This document shows, one piece after another, positions 19,201-29,402 of a DNA stretch of 64,000 nucleotides. How positions within the stretch are numbered: position 1 is the first letter of the stretch; each line of letters begins with the position of its first letter. Below the pieces are notes generated by a model that did not search any database, was not told the origin of the DNA, and was given only the letters and a program-made list of their open reading frames with translations. The position numbers and the translations under genes are program-made. The stretch comes from an uncultured virus (IMG/VR IMGVR_UViG_3300037493_005562) (Duplodnaviria; Heunggongvirae; Uroviricota; Caudoviricetes), in the IMG/VR virus record IMGVR_UViG_3300037493_005562; one strand, written 5' to 3'.

Positions 19201-20700
19201 ATGAAGACGACCTACAAGAAGCTCTTGGCCAAAGCCGCTCAGTACGAGAAGAAGGACGGGCTGGTTCGGTTGTCCGCATCTTCGGGTGCGGGCACAAAGA
19301 AGATTCAAGCGGCGCTCCTTCGGGGCAAGGCCGTCTACTACCGAGGCAAGTCCGAGGGCGGCGTCGCGCACGTGGCGTTGTACTACCAGACGTCGGGCGG
19401 CAAGGTGAAGGCCCTTGAGGCGAAGGTGGATGTCACGACCAAGAAGCCCAAGGCCAAGAAGCCGGTTGCCAAGGTCGTGCACAAGCGTCCGAGCAAGAAG
19501 ACCCTCAAGGCGGTGAAGAAGCCGGTCGTCAAGAAGCCTCGCGTTTCGAAGCCGAAGCCGGGGGATGCTCGTCGTCGCACCGTCGCCGCGAAGCCCGCAG
19601 CCGCCAAGCATCAGGCTCGTCTCGCTCGCGCACGTGCGAAGCGTCAGGCGGAGCGCGGTCGTACGTTCGTTCCGGATCCGGAGAAGTACCAGCGCACGGT
19701 GAAGGACACGCCCCGGTACGCGGCTCCGGGTCAAGGCGTGCAAGTGCGTGTAGGTCTCGCGCCTGCGGGGCAGGTGTGGTGGGACCAGAAGCCGTCGGGC
19801 GGGGGCACGGCCGAGGCGCTACGAGCCTTGTCGTATCAGGAGTTTGTCTGGAAGTATTTTCCAGATTTCCCTGACAGCACGTATGCCACCCGTGCGTATC
19901 AGGAGTACACAGCTACAGGGCGCGTACCAGAGCGCTCCGAGGCGCTGCATACCTCCGCGTACGACGACGCCTACTGCGCCACTTGTGGCCGCGACGCCGA
20001 CGGCTGCGTCTGCGACGAGTGCGACTGCGAGATGTGTTCGTCTCTCGGACACGGTGGGAAGGGGTTCGAGTACCTTCGTCACGAGTCTCTCCCCGCGAAG
20101 GCGAAAAAGATCGTAGGCGAGAACGGGGGCTTTTTGTACGCCATCCAGATCGATGGCTTGGACCCGATCTACCTCCAAAAAGGTTTCGGTCGACAGGAGA
20201 TCGCAGAGTGGAAGAAGGGGGCCAAGTCTGACTGGATCTCCACCAAGCCTCGAAAGGGTCAGAAGCCTGCTACGGAACTCCGCCGCTGGCTGGCAGCGGT
20301 CAACCCGAGCGAGTTTTGGGCGAAGTGGGACCTCCGGGTGGACGACGACACGCGGGAGATTTTCTACAAGACCGCGACGACGTCCGAGTCCCTCCCCCTC
20401 CCCCCCGACGAACACGACGTGAGCCATCTCGTCCAGATCGCGGTGAACGATGGCGAGTTGTACCGGAAGCGGACGCAGCCCTCGCTCATCAACCTTCAGA
20501 TCAAGTACCGTCAGGGGCAGTACGACCCCAATGCCGCCATCATCGTGTGGCGCCTACTCGCGGACGACGCGCGTCGTCAGTACGCGAAGGAATTCGGTGC
20601 CGAGGCCGCACGTGTGTTCAACGGCCCCGTTCGGGACGCGGCTGCACGCGAGCTTGAAGCCTACTACCGCGACATCATCGCCGGTTCGGAGAACGCATGA
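19201..20700 (+). CDS. Multidomain K-rich protein with Cys cluster and helical C-terminal domain
   Basis: K-rich N-half; CATC...CVCDECDCEMC; C-terminal NDGELY...GQYD...YAKEFG block. Confidence 0.75.
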   Translation: MKTTYKKLLAKAAQYEKKDGLVRLSASSGAGTKKIQAALLRGKAVYYRGKSEGGVAHVALYYQTSGGKVKALEAKVDVTTKKPKAKKPVAKVVHKRPSKKTLKAVKKPVVKKPRVSKPKPGDARRRTVAAKPAAAKHQARLARARAKRQAERGRTFVPDPEKYQRTVKDTPRYAAPGQGVQVRVGLAPAGQVWWDQKPSGGGTAEALRALSYQEFVWKYFPDFPDSTYATRAYQEYTATGRVPERSEALHTSAYDDAYCATCGRDADGCVCDECDCEMCSSLGHGGKGFEYLRHESLPAKAKKIVGENGGFLYAIQIDGLDPIYLQKGFGRQEIAEWKKGAKSDWISTKPRKGQKPATELRRWLAAVNPSEFWAKWDLRVDDDTREIFYKTATTSESLPLPPDEHDVSHLVQIAVNDGELYRKRTQPSLINLQIKYRQGQYDPNAAIIVWRLLADDARRQYAKEFGAEAARVFNGPVRDAAARELEAYYRDIIAGSENA

Positions 20701-21290
20701 GCACCCAAGGTCCAATCGCAAACGTGACGGTGTGGGGTCTTCTCGGCCTCGGTGTCGGGGCTACGCTTGGTGGCGCGGCCTGGGATCAGGTTGGCAAGGG
20801 TGCGGCGGTGGGCGCGGCGATCGGCGTCGCGCTCGGCGCTCTGACGAACTACGGTCAGGGCACGGCGGTGTCGGGGTTCCCGCAGGTCGGAGCAGGTGGT
20901 TCCGGCCGCGCGTTCACGCCTTCTCCGCAGCAGGAGCTTGCAGAACTCGAACGGCAGCTCGCCAAGACAATGCCTGCCTCCTACAGCGAGCGTGGGCAGA
21001 TCGAGTGGCTCAAGCAGCAGGCTGCGTATCGCTCCCAGTGGGCGCAGTTGAAGCACAAGCTCGGTGAGGATCCGGACATCGACTTCACAGACGATGAGTC
21101 CACGTATCCGAGCCGTGAGAACATCTCGGGCCTTGCGATCGACGAGGCGTTCGCAGACGTCGGCCGTCGTCTTCACGGCTCGTTCCGTGCGACAGGCTAC
21201 AAGATGTCGCCTCGTGGTTTCGCAGGATGGCGTCGCCCGATGACGCACGCGCCCCGCATTCGGCGCCGTCGCTCCCCCTACGGGACCTGA
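20697..21290 (+). CDS. Glycine-zipper membrane protein
   Basis: ATGA overlap; two GxxxG helices. Confidence 0.75.
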   Translation: MSTQGPIANVTVWGLLGLGVGATLGGAAWDQVGKGAAVGAAIGVALGALTNYGQGTAVSGFPQVGAGGSGRAFTPSPQQELAELERQLAKTMPASYSERGQIEWLKQQAAYRSQWAQLKHKLGEDPDIDFTDDESTYPSRENISGLAIDEAFADVGRRLHGSFRATGYKMSPRGFAGWRRPMTHAPRIRRRRSPYGT

Positions 21291-21292
21291 AC

Positions 21293-21538
21293 ATGGCACG
21301 CGTCGCCGTAGGGTACGTGGAAGGTAACGGGGACGTTGTCATCACGCCGGATGCCGTTGGCTTCCTGTTTCTATTCGCGCTCGCCAAGCCGATTGCGAAG
21401 GCCGTGGGCAAGGCTGTTCAGAAAGGCAAGCTCTCAAAGATCGCCGAAGCAGGTGCGAAGGGATCTGCGAAAGGTGCTGAGCAGGGTGTCAAGGCGCGGG
21501 CAGCAGGCGCGAGGGATGACACGACAGGACCTCGATGA
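21293..21538 (+). CDS. Small protein with amphipathic cationic helix
   Basis: MARVAVGY...VGFLFLFALAKPIAKAVGK. Confidence 0.65.
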   Translation: MARVAVGYVEGNGDVVITPDAVGFLFLFALAKPIAKAVGKAVQKGKLSKIAEAGAKGSAKGAEQGVKARAAGARDDTTGPR

Positions 21539-22959
21539 TCCCCGTTTACCAGACGAGGTTCGCGGCAGGACCCCGAAAAAACGGCGTGAACGGCAACTGC
21601 ACCCAGGCCACGATTGCGTCGATCTTTGAGCTACCCCTCGATGAGGTGCCAGACTTTCGTTCGACCTCGACCGGCTGGCAAGTCGAGAAGATCCGACAGT
21701 TTGCGCGTACGCAGGGGTATGACTACCGCGTCCTACCGAGTGCGAGCGTGTATCCACCCGACGGCTACCACACAATCAGCGGCGTGAGCCCTCGTGGTGT
21801 GCGACACCTCGTCGTTGGATACAACGGAAAAATCGTTCACGACCCCCATCCCGACGGTGGGGGCGTGGTGATCGACAAGTACGGTTTCTTCGTTCCACTG
21901 TCTGTTCCTCTTGTGCTTCCTGGGGATCGCGATAAGATCACCCAAATCGGTTTTCGTGACACCACCACCCGCACATCGTCGCCCTCGGAGACACACATGC
22001 CATTCGATTCCCGCTCGCTCGTAGGCGGCCTTCTCGGGGCTCTTGTTGTGGGAGGCGTGGCTGCCTACACGGCAAAAGGTAAGGTTCGGGTTCCTTGGGT
22101 CCCCCTCGCGGCAGGTGCTGTAGGTGGAGCCCTCGCGGCAACGTACGCTACCTCGGCCGCGCCGCAGTCCGCAGGTGTTGGAGCGGTGTCGCCCTCGGAA
22201 GTCAAGGACGCGAAACGCCGCGCGAAGATCGCGACGGCGGAAGCTCGCGAAGCGCGTGAGCAGACTGAGGTCGCGCGCGGCCAGCGTCGTCAGGAACGCG
22301 AGCGTGCGAAGAAGGGTCTCACTTCGATCGACGTCGCGCAATCCGAAGAGAGCGCGAAGCGGGAAGGCTACGACGTCGCCCTTATGGAGGGCCGTGCGGA
22401 TCAGTTCGACGACAGTGAGAACGAGGACGACGAGCCCCAGATGGCGGGCGTCGGACGTATCAGCATCGGTCGGGTCCGGGACTTCTCCATCTTCTCGGCG
22501 GGCGGCGAAGACGACGACGACGGAGACGACGACGATTGCGACGACGACGACGACGACAGCGACGACGAGGCTCCCGTGCGCGCTCGTCGAGGGTCTGCTC
22601 TCCCCCGTGAGGAGATGTCCCTGCCCGATCAGCTTGCAGCGGCAACCACGTCAACGCAGCAGCGCCCACAGGGCCGCCCCGGACAACAGGGCCGCCCCGG
22701 ACAACAGCGCCCCGGACAACAGCGCCCTGGACAGAAGCCGGGTCAGCAGCAGGCACGCCCTGGACAGCAGCGTCCCGGCCCGCAGCAGCGCCCTCAGGGC
22801 CAGCGTCCCGGCCCGCAGCAGCAGCGCCCTCAGCCACAGGGGCCTGAGGCGCCCCCCGCTGAGGAGTTTCCGGTCCTCGGCTTCGCGAACGGCGGCGGCC
22901 CCCCGGCGGGAGGCGGCATGATGGGCATGGGTATGGGCATGTTCGGTGGCGGGAAGTAG
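21535..22959 (+). CDS. Peptidase C39-like domain in frame with a membrane/low-complexity protein
   Basis: GNCTQATIAS...RHLVV...HDP triad; internal GGAGA RBS and ATG at 21997. Confidence 0.65.
   Translation: MIPVYQTRFAAGPRKNGVNGNCTQATIASIFELPLDEVPDFRSTSTGWQVEKIRQFARTQGYDYRVLPSASVYPPDGYHTISGVSPRGVRHLVVGYNGKIVHDPHPDGGGVVIDKYGFFVPLSVPLVLPGDRDKITQIGFRDTTTRTSSPSETHMPFDSRSLVGGLLGALVVGGVAAYTAKGKVRVPWVPLAAGAVGGALAATYATSAAPQSAGVGAVSPSEVKDAKRRAKIATAEAREAREQTEVARGQRRQERERAKKGLTSIDVAQSEESAKREGYDVALMEGRADQFDDSENEDDEPQMAGVGRISIGRVRDFSIFSAGGEDDDDGDDDDCDDDDDDSDDEAPVRARRGSALPREEMSLPDQLAAATTSTQQRPQGRPGQQGRPGQQRPGQQRPGQKPGQQQARPGQQRPGPQQRPQGQRPGPQQQRPQPQGPEAPPAEEFPVLGFANGGGPPAGGGMMGMGMGMFGGGK
22660..22835 (+). 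repeat. Imperfect tandem repeats encoding (Q)QRPG
   Basis: Repeated cagcgccc/ggacaacag units. Confidence 0.8.
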
Positions 22960-22960
22960 G

Positions 22961-23380
22961 ATGGCGCCTTCGCGCAAACCCGCGGTTACGAAGAAACTCG
23001 TTGTCCGTCGGAAAAAACCAGCGGCTCGGAAGACGCCGAAGGCTCCTGCACGTAAGTACAGGGGGCTAAAGGCGCTGCCGGGCTTCGGTTCCTATCCTAC
23101 GCTCGGTGCGTTTCTCGCACAGGGGCTGCCCGTTACGCTCAGAGTCAAGAACCCCGATCTCATTTATCGGATTTTGCACTCGAAGAACCACGACTGGGTC
23201 AAGAAGTGGTACCTGTCGAGTCCAGAAAAAGCTGCTGCGGCGAAGAAGCACTCTTCTCTTCTTGGCTTCAAGCTCGCGTTCAAAATGCCGCCCGAACACC
23301 GGCAGTTGTTCTCTAGCTGGAGAGCCAGGAAAGAGAGTAAGCCGAAGACTCGGCGTTTCGGCTCGCAGAAGCAGAAGTAG
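22961..23380 (+). CDS. Basic hypothetical protein
   Basis: ATG immediately after upstream stop; K/R-rich. Confidence 0.6.
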   Translation: MAPSRKPAVTKKLVVRRKKPAARKTPKAPARKYRGLKALPGFGSYPTLGAFLAQGLPVTLRVKNPDLIYRILHSKNHDWVKKWYLSSPEKAAAAKKHSSLLGFKLAFKMPPEHRQLFSSWRARKESKPKTRRFGSQKQK

Positions 23381-23423
23381 CTCCACCCCTTCCCTCGACC
23401 AAACACCACACGAGGACACGACG

Positions 23424-23843
23424 ATGAAACACGACGGTCTCATGCACCACTCGCACCTCGGGCCCTGCCACGTTGATGCGATCGGAAACGTTCAGGTCGA
23501 AGGCTACGACAACGTCGGAAGCGCGGGTGGACATCACGGGCTCGACTCCGTGGGACGCGGTGGTCGCGGCGGCGGTGGCGGCGGCTGGCGCGGCGGCCAC
23601 TGGCGCGGCGGCGGTGGCGGCGGTTGGGGCGGCGGGTGGGGCTACCCGTACGCGTACCCCATGGTCAACCCGTACATGTACGGTCTCGCGGCAGGTCAGG
23701 CGGCTCGCCGTCGTCGCGAAGCCGAAGAGGCTGAACGCGAGCGCGAGCGCGTCGAGGATGAACTCGATCGCCTTCGCTTCGAGCGCGACATGGAGATGAT
23801 GGAAGCTCCGGCGTCCAAGTCGATCTTCAAGAAGCGCCGCTAG
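23424..23843 (+). CDS. Gly-rich small protein
   Basis: GAGGA RBS; GGGW repeats then a charged helix. Confidence 0.7.
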   Translation: MKHDGLMHHSHLGPCHVDAIGNVQVEGYDNVGSAGGHHGLDSVGRGGRGGGGGGWRGGHWRGGGGGGWGGGWGYPYAYPMVNPYMYGLAAGQAARRRREAEEAERERERVEDELDRLRFERDMEMMEAPASKSIFKKRR

Positions 23844-25150
23844 AGAGTGACGGCACTTGAAATGCGCAGGTTGTTCTTGGCTGCCCAGTGGCTGAGCAGC
23901 CTGCGTTGTTCAGCGTTGGGCGGCTGGTTGCACACGCCCCGCGCTTGGACGACCGATCGGATCGAGTTGTCCACTTCGAGCGTGAGTTGCCGAGACCCCT
24001 CGTGTTGCAGTGACCAGATCGACGTCTGCCCTGACTCGACGCGGTACCAGTACGATGAGACGCAGTGCTTCATTGCATGCCCCTCGTTTTGCAGTGCGTT
24101 CATCGTGAGGATCTCTTCGACCGACCAGACCGAGTTGTTCATCTCGAACAGTTCCGAGTTGAAACCTGAGGGTTCGAACTTTTCGGGCGGCACGCGGTTT
24201 CCGGCGCCGTATGTCGCCGCCCATCCTGCATTGCGTGCGCCACGCGGGTGGTTTTGCACACGATTGAGCGCTTCGTGCCACTCATCGGCCGCCCTCTGTA
24301 CCGCAGCGACGGAACGCCCCGTTATGACGAAGTCCAGATCCCGAAGTTGGTTTTCGATGTAGTCGAACGTCGGTCCCACGACATCGGGGTTCAGCATTCC
24401 CTGGCGTGAGAACCACTCGATAACCGTGAGAATACGAGGTTCCAGGTCTTCCGCGTAGATTCCGCGCCCGAGTTGCGTGGCCGAGAGTGCGTGGGCCAGC
24501 GACTCGGAGCCCCCAGATGCGCGTGTTTGGGCGTATCGGATCGCGGTGTACACGTCTCCCTTGGCGGGCCCCTGCATGAACTCGTGACACATCTTCTTGG
24601 TGAGCGGAACGGGCAGCAGACCTTCCGAAACGGCTGCTTTGACGGACCCTCCACCCGCGAGGTGTTCGTAGAGCACAAGCATCTGGTTTCGGTTGCGTAC
24701 AGGGAGGTGATCGTGACGGGCACCTTCGCGGTCTGCGGGGAGGAAGAACACCGAGAACAAGAACTCGGGCATCCGGTACTTGCAGATCAGGTGTGCCGCG
24801 AGCGACTTGAAGCGTGTGTCGGCTCGCTTGCCTCGGGATTCCCAGTCTTCGAGCGAGCGAACCCACGGCAGACCCGCGATATCCCACACCGCTTTGACCG
24901 AGTCCTTGTCCTCGACGATGGTGGACCGGCGCGTCTTGCGAATGATGCTGATGAAGCGTTCGGCTTGCACCGTGCCGCCCTGGTTCTCAAGGACGGACTT
25001 GAAGCTCCAGGGGTCTTTCGGATGGGGCTCGCCCCGCATCGCGGCCATCGCGGCGGACAGGATGTCCGGAACCTTCTTTCCACGCAGCAGCTCCGCGAGC
25101 ATGTCCTCGTGAGCTTGACGGCGCTGGAGCTTGGTTTGGATCTCTCTCAT
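23840..25150 (-). CDS. PcfJ-like domain protein
   Basis: C-terminal L..EG..M.HCV..Y......SI.SL...TLEV....Q.RG..N motif. Confidence 0.8.
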   Translation of the reverse strand: MREIQTKLQRRQAHEDMLAELLRGKKVPDILSAAMAAMRGEPHPKDPWSFKSVLENQGGTVQAERFISIIRKTRRSTIVEDKDSVKAVWDIAGLPWVRSLEDWESRGKRADTRFKSLAAHLICKYRMPEFLFSVFFLPADREGARHDHLPVRNRNQMLVLYEHLAGGGSVKAAVSEGLLPVPLTKKMCHEFMQGPAKGDVYTAIRYAQTRASGGSESLAHALSATQLGRGIYAEDLEPRILTVIEWFSRQGMLNPDVVGPTFDYIENQLRDLDFVITGRSVAAVQRAADEWHEALNRVQNHPRGARNAGWAATYGAGNRVPPEKFEPSGFNSELFEMNNSVWSVEEILTMNALQNEGHAMKHCVSSYWYRVESGQTSIWSLQHEGSRQLTLEVDNSIRSVVQARGVCNQPPNAEQRRLLSHWAAKNNLRISSAVTL

Positions 25151-25157
25151 GTTCGTC

Positions 25158-26156
25158 TCATTTCTCGTTGCTAGGTGCGTACAGCTCGTCGGTCGGGTCC
25201 ATTATAGCTGAGCACCCTCCGCGCGATTTGTCTGATACCATGCAACAAAGGGCAATGAACTCTTCCTGTGGAAGATCCTGTTTTGCTCGGTTCAAGGCTT
25301 TATGCAGCCATTGCACGTTATCTCGACAGTATCCACGAGTGTTGTCGATCCTGTCGAGAGACGCCGTAGTCGCATAGCCAAACTGAATAGGCTGTCCCGA
25401 TAGCGCGCAGAGACCCTGCTGCTCTTCAAAAAGAGCCCACGCCTCCTCAATCGTGAAGTCGAACTGTAAGCGTCTAGTGCGTGCTCCGTTACGGAGTCTG
25501 CACCAGTACGTTTTTGAGATGTCCCCGTGCCCCTTCCAGGCTCTACCGCGAGCTTCTTTGTGTCTCTGTGTGGAAGGAGCGCAAACGAGACAATCGTCTA
25601 TTTTGCCCTTTTGAAGACTTAAAACGCGAAGCAGCTTTTCGACTCCGCAGACACATCGCGCTCTCACTTTCAGTGTGTGCGTGGTTCGCTTTTCTGGCAG
25701 CCCTATCACGGTGTAGGTACCGAAGATCGTTCCGATAGAGGGCGGAGCCACTAATGGTTTAATTTGTCCACGAGAGAAGCAGGCTCTACATCCACCAGTT
25801 GTCTTCAGCATTCCGAGTGTTCGGATCCCCTCTACGCCACAATCACAGCGAACTAGGGCTCGATGTGTCTTCCACCCGCCGCCGACTTTAGCTTCTGGAG
25901 GTAAATCCTGTATTACGGTCCAGCCTCCGAATCGTGTTCCAACAGCGACTATCTCTCGTTTCGTTTGTTGAATTTTTCGCCCGCCACAACGACGGCAACT
26001 TCCACGAAACAGAAGTAGCCGCATAGTGCGGTTCCCTTCAAACCCACAGGCACATCTGACTGTGGCTGTTCTTTCCGTGACTTCCGAACGGTTTACTTCG
26101 GAGATAACGGTCCACTGTCCGTATTTTGTTCCGGGCTCTAGTGAGTTACGACGCAT
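25158..26156 (-). CDS. HNH-like homing endonuclease with three repeated RCxCG modules
   Basis: GLCALSG...SLDRIDN.RGY..DNVQW....N; visibly lower GC than neighbours. Confidence 0.75.
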   Translation of the reverse strand: MRRNSLEPGTKYGQWTVISEVNRSEVTERTATVRCACGFEGNRTMRLLLFRGSCRRCGGRKIQQTKREIVAVGTRFGGWTVIQDLPPEAKVGGGWKTHRALVRCDCGVEGIRTLGMLKTTGGCRACFSRGQIKPLVAPPSIGTIFGTYTVIGLPEKRTTHTLKVRARCVCGVEKLLRVLSLQKGKIDDCLVCAPSTQRHKEARGRAWKGHGDISKTYWCRLRNGARTRRLQFDFTIEEAWALFEEQQGLCALSGQPIQFGYATTASLDRIDNTRGYCRDNVQWLHKALNRAKQDLPQEEFIALCCMVSDKSRGGCSAIMDPTDELYAPSNEK

Positions 26157-26172
26157 AGTGGCAATGTGTTAA

Positions 26173-27042
26173 TCAGTTGCCTCTCACTTTGCCAGCCCTG
26201 CGTCGAGCTTTTTTGTCGCCTGGGGAAATGTTTCTGAACGACGTCTTATCGAACCCGTGTGCTTCCGCCCTGGATTTATCGGACAGCAGGGCGGGATCCA
26301 TTTGGGTCACGAGTTCTCCGCCGAGGTACTGGTCGATCTTCTGCCACGCATCCTGTGGCGTCATCGTCTTGTGGAAGCCGAGGGAGATCAGCGAAGGGTT
26401 CTTCGTGACCTTGAGTAGTTGGTCGCGCGCGAGTTCTTCGTTGAAGGCGAGCACAGGTGTCTTCTCGCGACGGTGGATCTCCCCGAAGTCCCCCGTCCGT
26501 CGCCCGTGTTCTTCCCACCACGCGTGATAACCCCTGTGCGTGAACGTGTGGAAGGAGCCCAGCATGCCCGGGATGTTCCCCGAGGTGCCGTCGAGTCCCT
26601 CCAGAAACGACTCACGTACCTTTTCCGCGCGGGGATTGGTCGGTACCCAAGCCTCGATTTCCGCAACAAGCTGCTCGAAGGTCAGGAACTTCGGCGTAGA
26701 CGGGGCTCGGACCTCGAAGGGATCGAAGCGACGCTCGACGCCGAGGTTCGACAGCCAGCCCTCGCCCACGACGTACCCGTAGTGAACCTCACCGCAGAAG
26801 AGGATCGCGATGGGTGACAGCGAGAAGTCCCACATGTCCCCCCTCCCACGTGTGGCGGGCATCGCGAGGATCGCGTCACCGATCGGCGCGAATTCCGTCA
26901 TTCGGGTCAAGTTGCCGCCGAACGTGATGCTCCACGGGCGGACGAATTCCTCGATCGTCTCGCGCACGTACACGGGCGTCCGCTCCCGGTCGGAGCGGGC
27001 CAAGCCGTCGTAGAAGTCCTTGAATTTCGAGAGGATCCTCAC
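26173..27042 (-). CDS. Hypothetical phage-type protein
   Basis: Begins MRI.SKFKDFYD and ends HGFDKTSFR; coupled. Confidence 0.75.
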   Translation of the reverse strand: MRILSKFKDFYDGLARSDRERTPVYVRETIEEFVRPWSITFGGNLTRMTEFAPIGDAILAMPATRGRGDMWDFSLSPIAILFCGEVHYGYVVGEGWLSNLGVERRFDPFEVRAPSTPKFLTFEQLVAEIEAWVPTNPRAEKVRESFLEGLDGTSGNIPGMLGSFHTFTHRGYHAWWEEHGRRTGDFGEIHRREKTPVLAFNEELARDQLLKVTKNPSLISLGFHKTMTPQDAWQKIDQYLGGELVTQMDPALLSDKSRAEAHGFDKTSFRNISPGDKKARRRAGKVRGN

Positions 27043-27794
27043 GCGGCCCGCCGCTTGGTTTTTGGCTGTGGCTTCGGCTCAAACCCGTTCTTGCGACAGA
27101 ACGCGTCACACGCCTCGCTCGCAGCTTCCTTCGACTTGAAGGTGCCGAGGAAGTCTTCGCTTCGGCACACGTCGGTATCTCGGTACCAGACCATCCGGGC
27201 GCCCCAATTTCCATCCTTGTGCGCGCTCGGGTACAGGTCGCGGTAGTCCTCGGACGGCTTCTTGTTCAACTGCACGAGGGCTGGTCGATTGTAGACTTCG
27301 TGAAGCTGCCACGTCGGCATGAGCGTCGAGAGAGCCCGACGAAGCGCCTTCACCTCGACGCCGCAATGCCACAGGTTCCCGTGACCGGGCGCGCGGTACG
27401 TCAACGGAATGTGGGTACGGGGAACGTCCCCCTCCCAGGTGCTGAGCCACACGTCGCGCTTGACGCCGTCGATCAGCACGGACATCCACGGTTTCGAGTC
27501 CGGCCACTGGGGCTGGGGCGTGAAGGCGACCCAGTACGCGACCCGGAACGGTCCGTTGGTCCCTTCGATCAGGACCGTGGGGCGTCCGTCCGACGTCCCC
27601 GTTTTGCCGGTCGTCCGGTAGGTGCAGTGGAACCGCATCTCCGTCGAGAAGTGCCACGACGGGAACGCTCGGGTCTTTTCCAGACCCGGAAAGTCTACGA
27701 GCAGGTGCAGCGTCTTGGACGTTGACGTCGTGCTGGCCCACTCTTCGATGCCGGTGATGCGAAGGGGCGTGGGGAATTTCGGGGCTGACTTCAT
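27039..27794 (-). CDS. Hypothetical protein
   Basis: ATGA overlap start at 27794. Confidence 0.7.
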   Translation of the reverse strand: MKSAPKFPTPLRITGIEEWASTTSTSKTLHLLVDFPGLEKTRAFPSWHFSTEMRFHCTYRTTGKTGTSDGRPTVLIEGTNGPFRVAYWVAFTPQPQWPDSKPWMSVLIDGVKRDVWLSTWEGDVPRTHIPLTYRAPGHGNLWHCGVEVKALRRALSTLMPTWQLHEVYNRPALVQLNKKPSEDYRDLYPSAHKDGNWGARMVWYRDTDVCRSEDFLGTFKSKEAASEACDAFCRKNGFEPKPQPKTKRRAA

Positions 27795-28540
27795 GGCGCG
27801 TCCTTCGGCGTAGGCGGTGGGGCGACTTCCCAGTGGGACCAGTCGAGTGTAGGAGGCTCTGTCTCCGAATCGAGAGCCACGTTGGCGAACACGTAGACGG
27901 GGTAGGATTCGAGCCATTCTCCGTTCGCGCGGCTCGCACTACGCCCCGCACTGATCAGCAGGGTACATATCGGGAGGGGGAGGCATTCGATGAGTACCTC
28001 GAACGGCTGCGTATAGGTCGCACCGATCACCCTGGCGCGGACTCCGAATTCCCGTGAGATCGTGAGTGTCACAACCGCGCGGTGGTACGCGCTGCACGCA
28101 TCGATCTGTTCGAGCATTTCGGTAGCCTTTCGTACGCGGACGAGGGCTCCGCGTACGGCAGAGCCGTCATCGTTACTGTCGTAGAAGCACTGGAGATCGT
28201 CAAGCGTGATTTCCTGCGCGTACCAGGGAAGGCGAATATCACCCCAACCTGAACGCCCAGCAGCGGTGTTCAGGTTCTTGCTTGCCGCGAGCGTGATGAT
28301 TCCGAAGCCAGCGACCGTAACGCTCGGAGGCTCCTGTTTTTCGGTCGCGAAGGTGAACCCGTGAAACTCTGGAGCTTTTCGCGCGTACTCCATTTGATTC
28401 GCAGCCCATTTTTCCCCCGCCGCGAGGGCGGCGATTCGCGCTTCGCGGACAGGGGCCTCGAAGCGGAAGTAGCTTCCGCGATCTCCTACGGCCCCTGTGA
28501 CGAACGCGTCGGGAGGGAGAACTTCGAGAATGCAGCGCAT
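27791..28540 (-). CDS. Hypothetical protein
   Basis: Operon-like packing. Confidence 0.6.
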   Translation of the reverse strand: MRCILEVLPPDAFVTGAVGDRGSYFRFEAPVREARIAALAAGEKWAANQMEYARKAPEFHGFTFATEKQEPPSVTVAGFGIITLAASKNLNTAAGRSGWGDIRLPWYAQEITLDDLQCFYDSNDDGSAVRGALVRVRKATEMLEQIDACSAYHRAVVTLTISREFGVRARVIGATYTQPFEVLIECLPLPICTLLISAGRSASRANGEWLESYPVYVFANVALDSETEPPTLDWSHWEVAPPPTPKDAP

Positions 28541-28541
28541 C

Positions 28542-29402
28542 TCAGTACCCCTCGATCACGGTGCTGTGTTTGAAGCCGATGCGTGTGAGGCGGATCACGG
28601 CCCAGTCACAAGCGCTGTCGCACGTCGTGGTGGTGTTGGAATACATGACCACGCCGTTGTCGTTTTGGATGGTCACGTTCCACGAGAGACCGTCGTGGCC
28701 TCGGGTCACGCACCCGGCCAATTCCCCGTTGGGCCAGTACCAGTGCTTTTCGTCGCCGACGGAGAAGCCGAGGTCGTCGACAAGACCGAAGGTGGTGCGC
28801 GCCACTTCGTTCAGGTTCGGGTACTCTCCGCGAACCCAGTCCTTGGCGGTGTAGTCGCTGGCGTTCAGCCACGTTCGGAAGCTCGGGTTGAATTCCTCGT
28901 CGATCTTGGCGTCTTCCAGCGAATCGCCTGCGTCGGGAACCTGGATGACGATCGGCCAGACCACGAAGTAGTTTGCGCCGTCGGGGTCCACGACCTTGAG
29001 CGCTCTTTGGGCCTCCTGCTTCGTGCTGTAGACGATCATCCCAGCACCGCCCGACTGGTGGTAGTGGTGTTTCATCTGCGCGTCGGAGAGGGCGCGGTTG
29101 GCCTCAGCGAGGGCCGTCTTGGCGCGATCGAGCTGCACTGCGTGGGAGCCTGCCGTCGTCGGACAGGTGCCTTCGTGACACATCTTCGGGTCTCGCGGCT
29201 CTCCGACTTTGACACACAGGCTGCATGGTTCGCAAAAGTTCACGGTCCGATTCATCAGATCGAGCAGCGCCGTGGACGCGTCCAGCAGGTTCATCCGTTC
29301 CCGATGCAGGTCGCCGGGCACCGCGCCGGAACACTTCTCCCAGCCGCGCCACGTTTGGCCCTTCTTGGGGGAGTGCAGGACGTACATCGTGGTGGGGTTC
29401 AC
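28542..29402 (-). CDS. Hypothetical protein
   Basis: GTGA overlap; codon bias. Confidence 0.7.
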   Translation of the reverse strand: MNPTTMYVLHSPKKGQTWRGWEKCSGAVPGDLHRERMNLLDASTALLDLMNRTVNFCEPCSLCVKVGEPRDPKMCHEGTCPTTAGSHAVQLDRAKTALAEANRALSDAQMKHHYHQSGGAGMIVYSTKQEAQRALKVVDPDGANYFVVWPIVIQVPDAGDSLEDAKIDEEFNPSFRTWLNASDYTAKDWVRGEYPNLNEVARTTFGLVDDLGFSVGDEKHWYWPNGELAGCVTRGHDGLSWNVTIQNDNGVVMYSNTTTTCDSACDWAVIRLTRIGFKHSTVIEGY

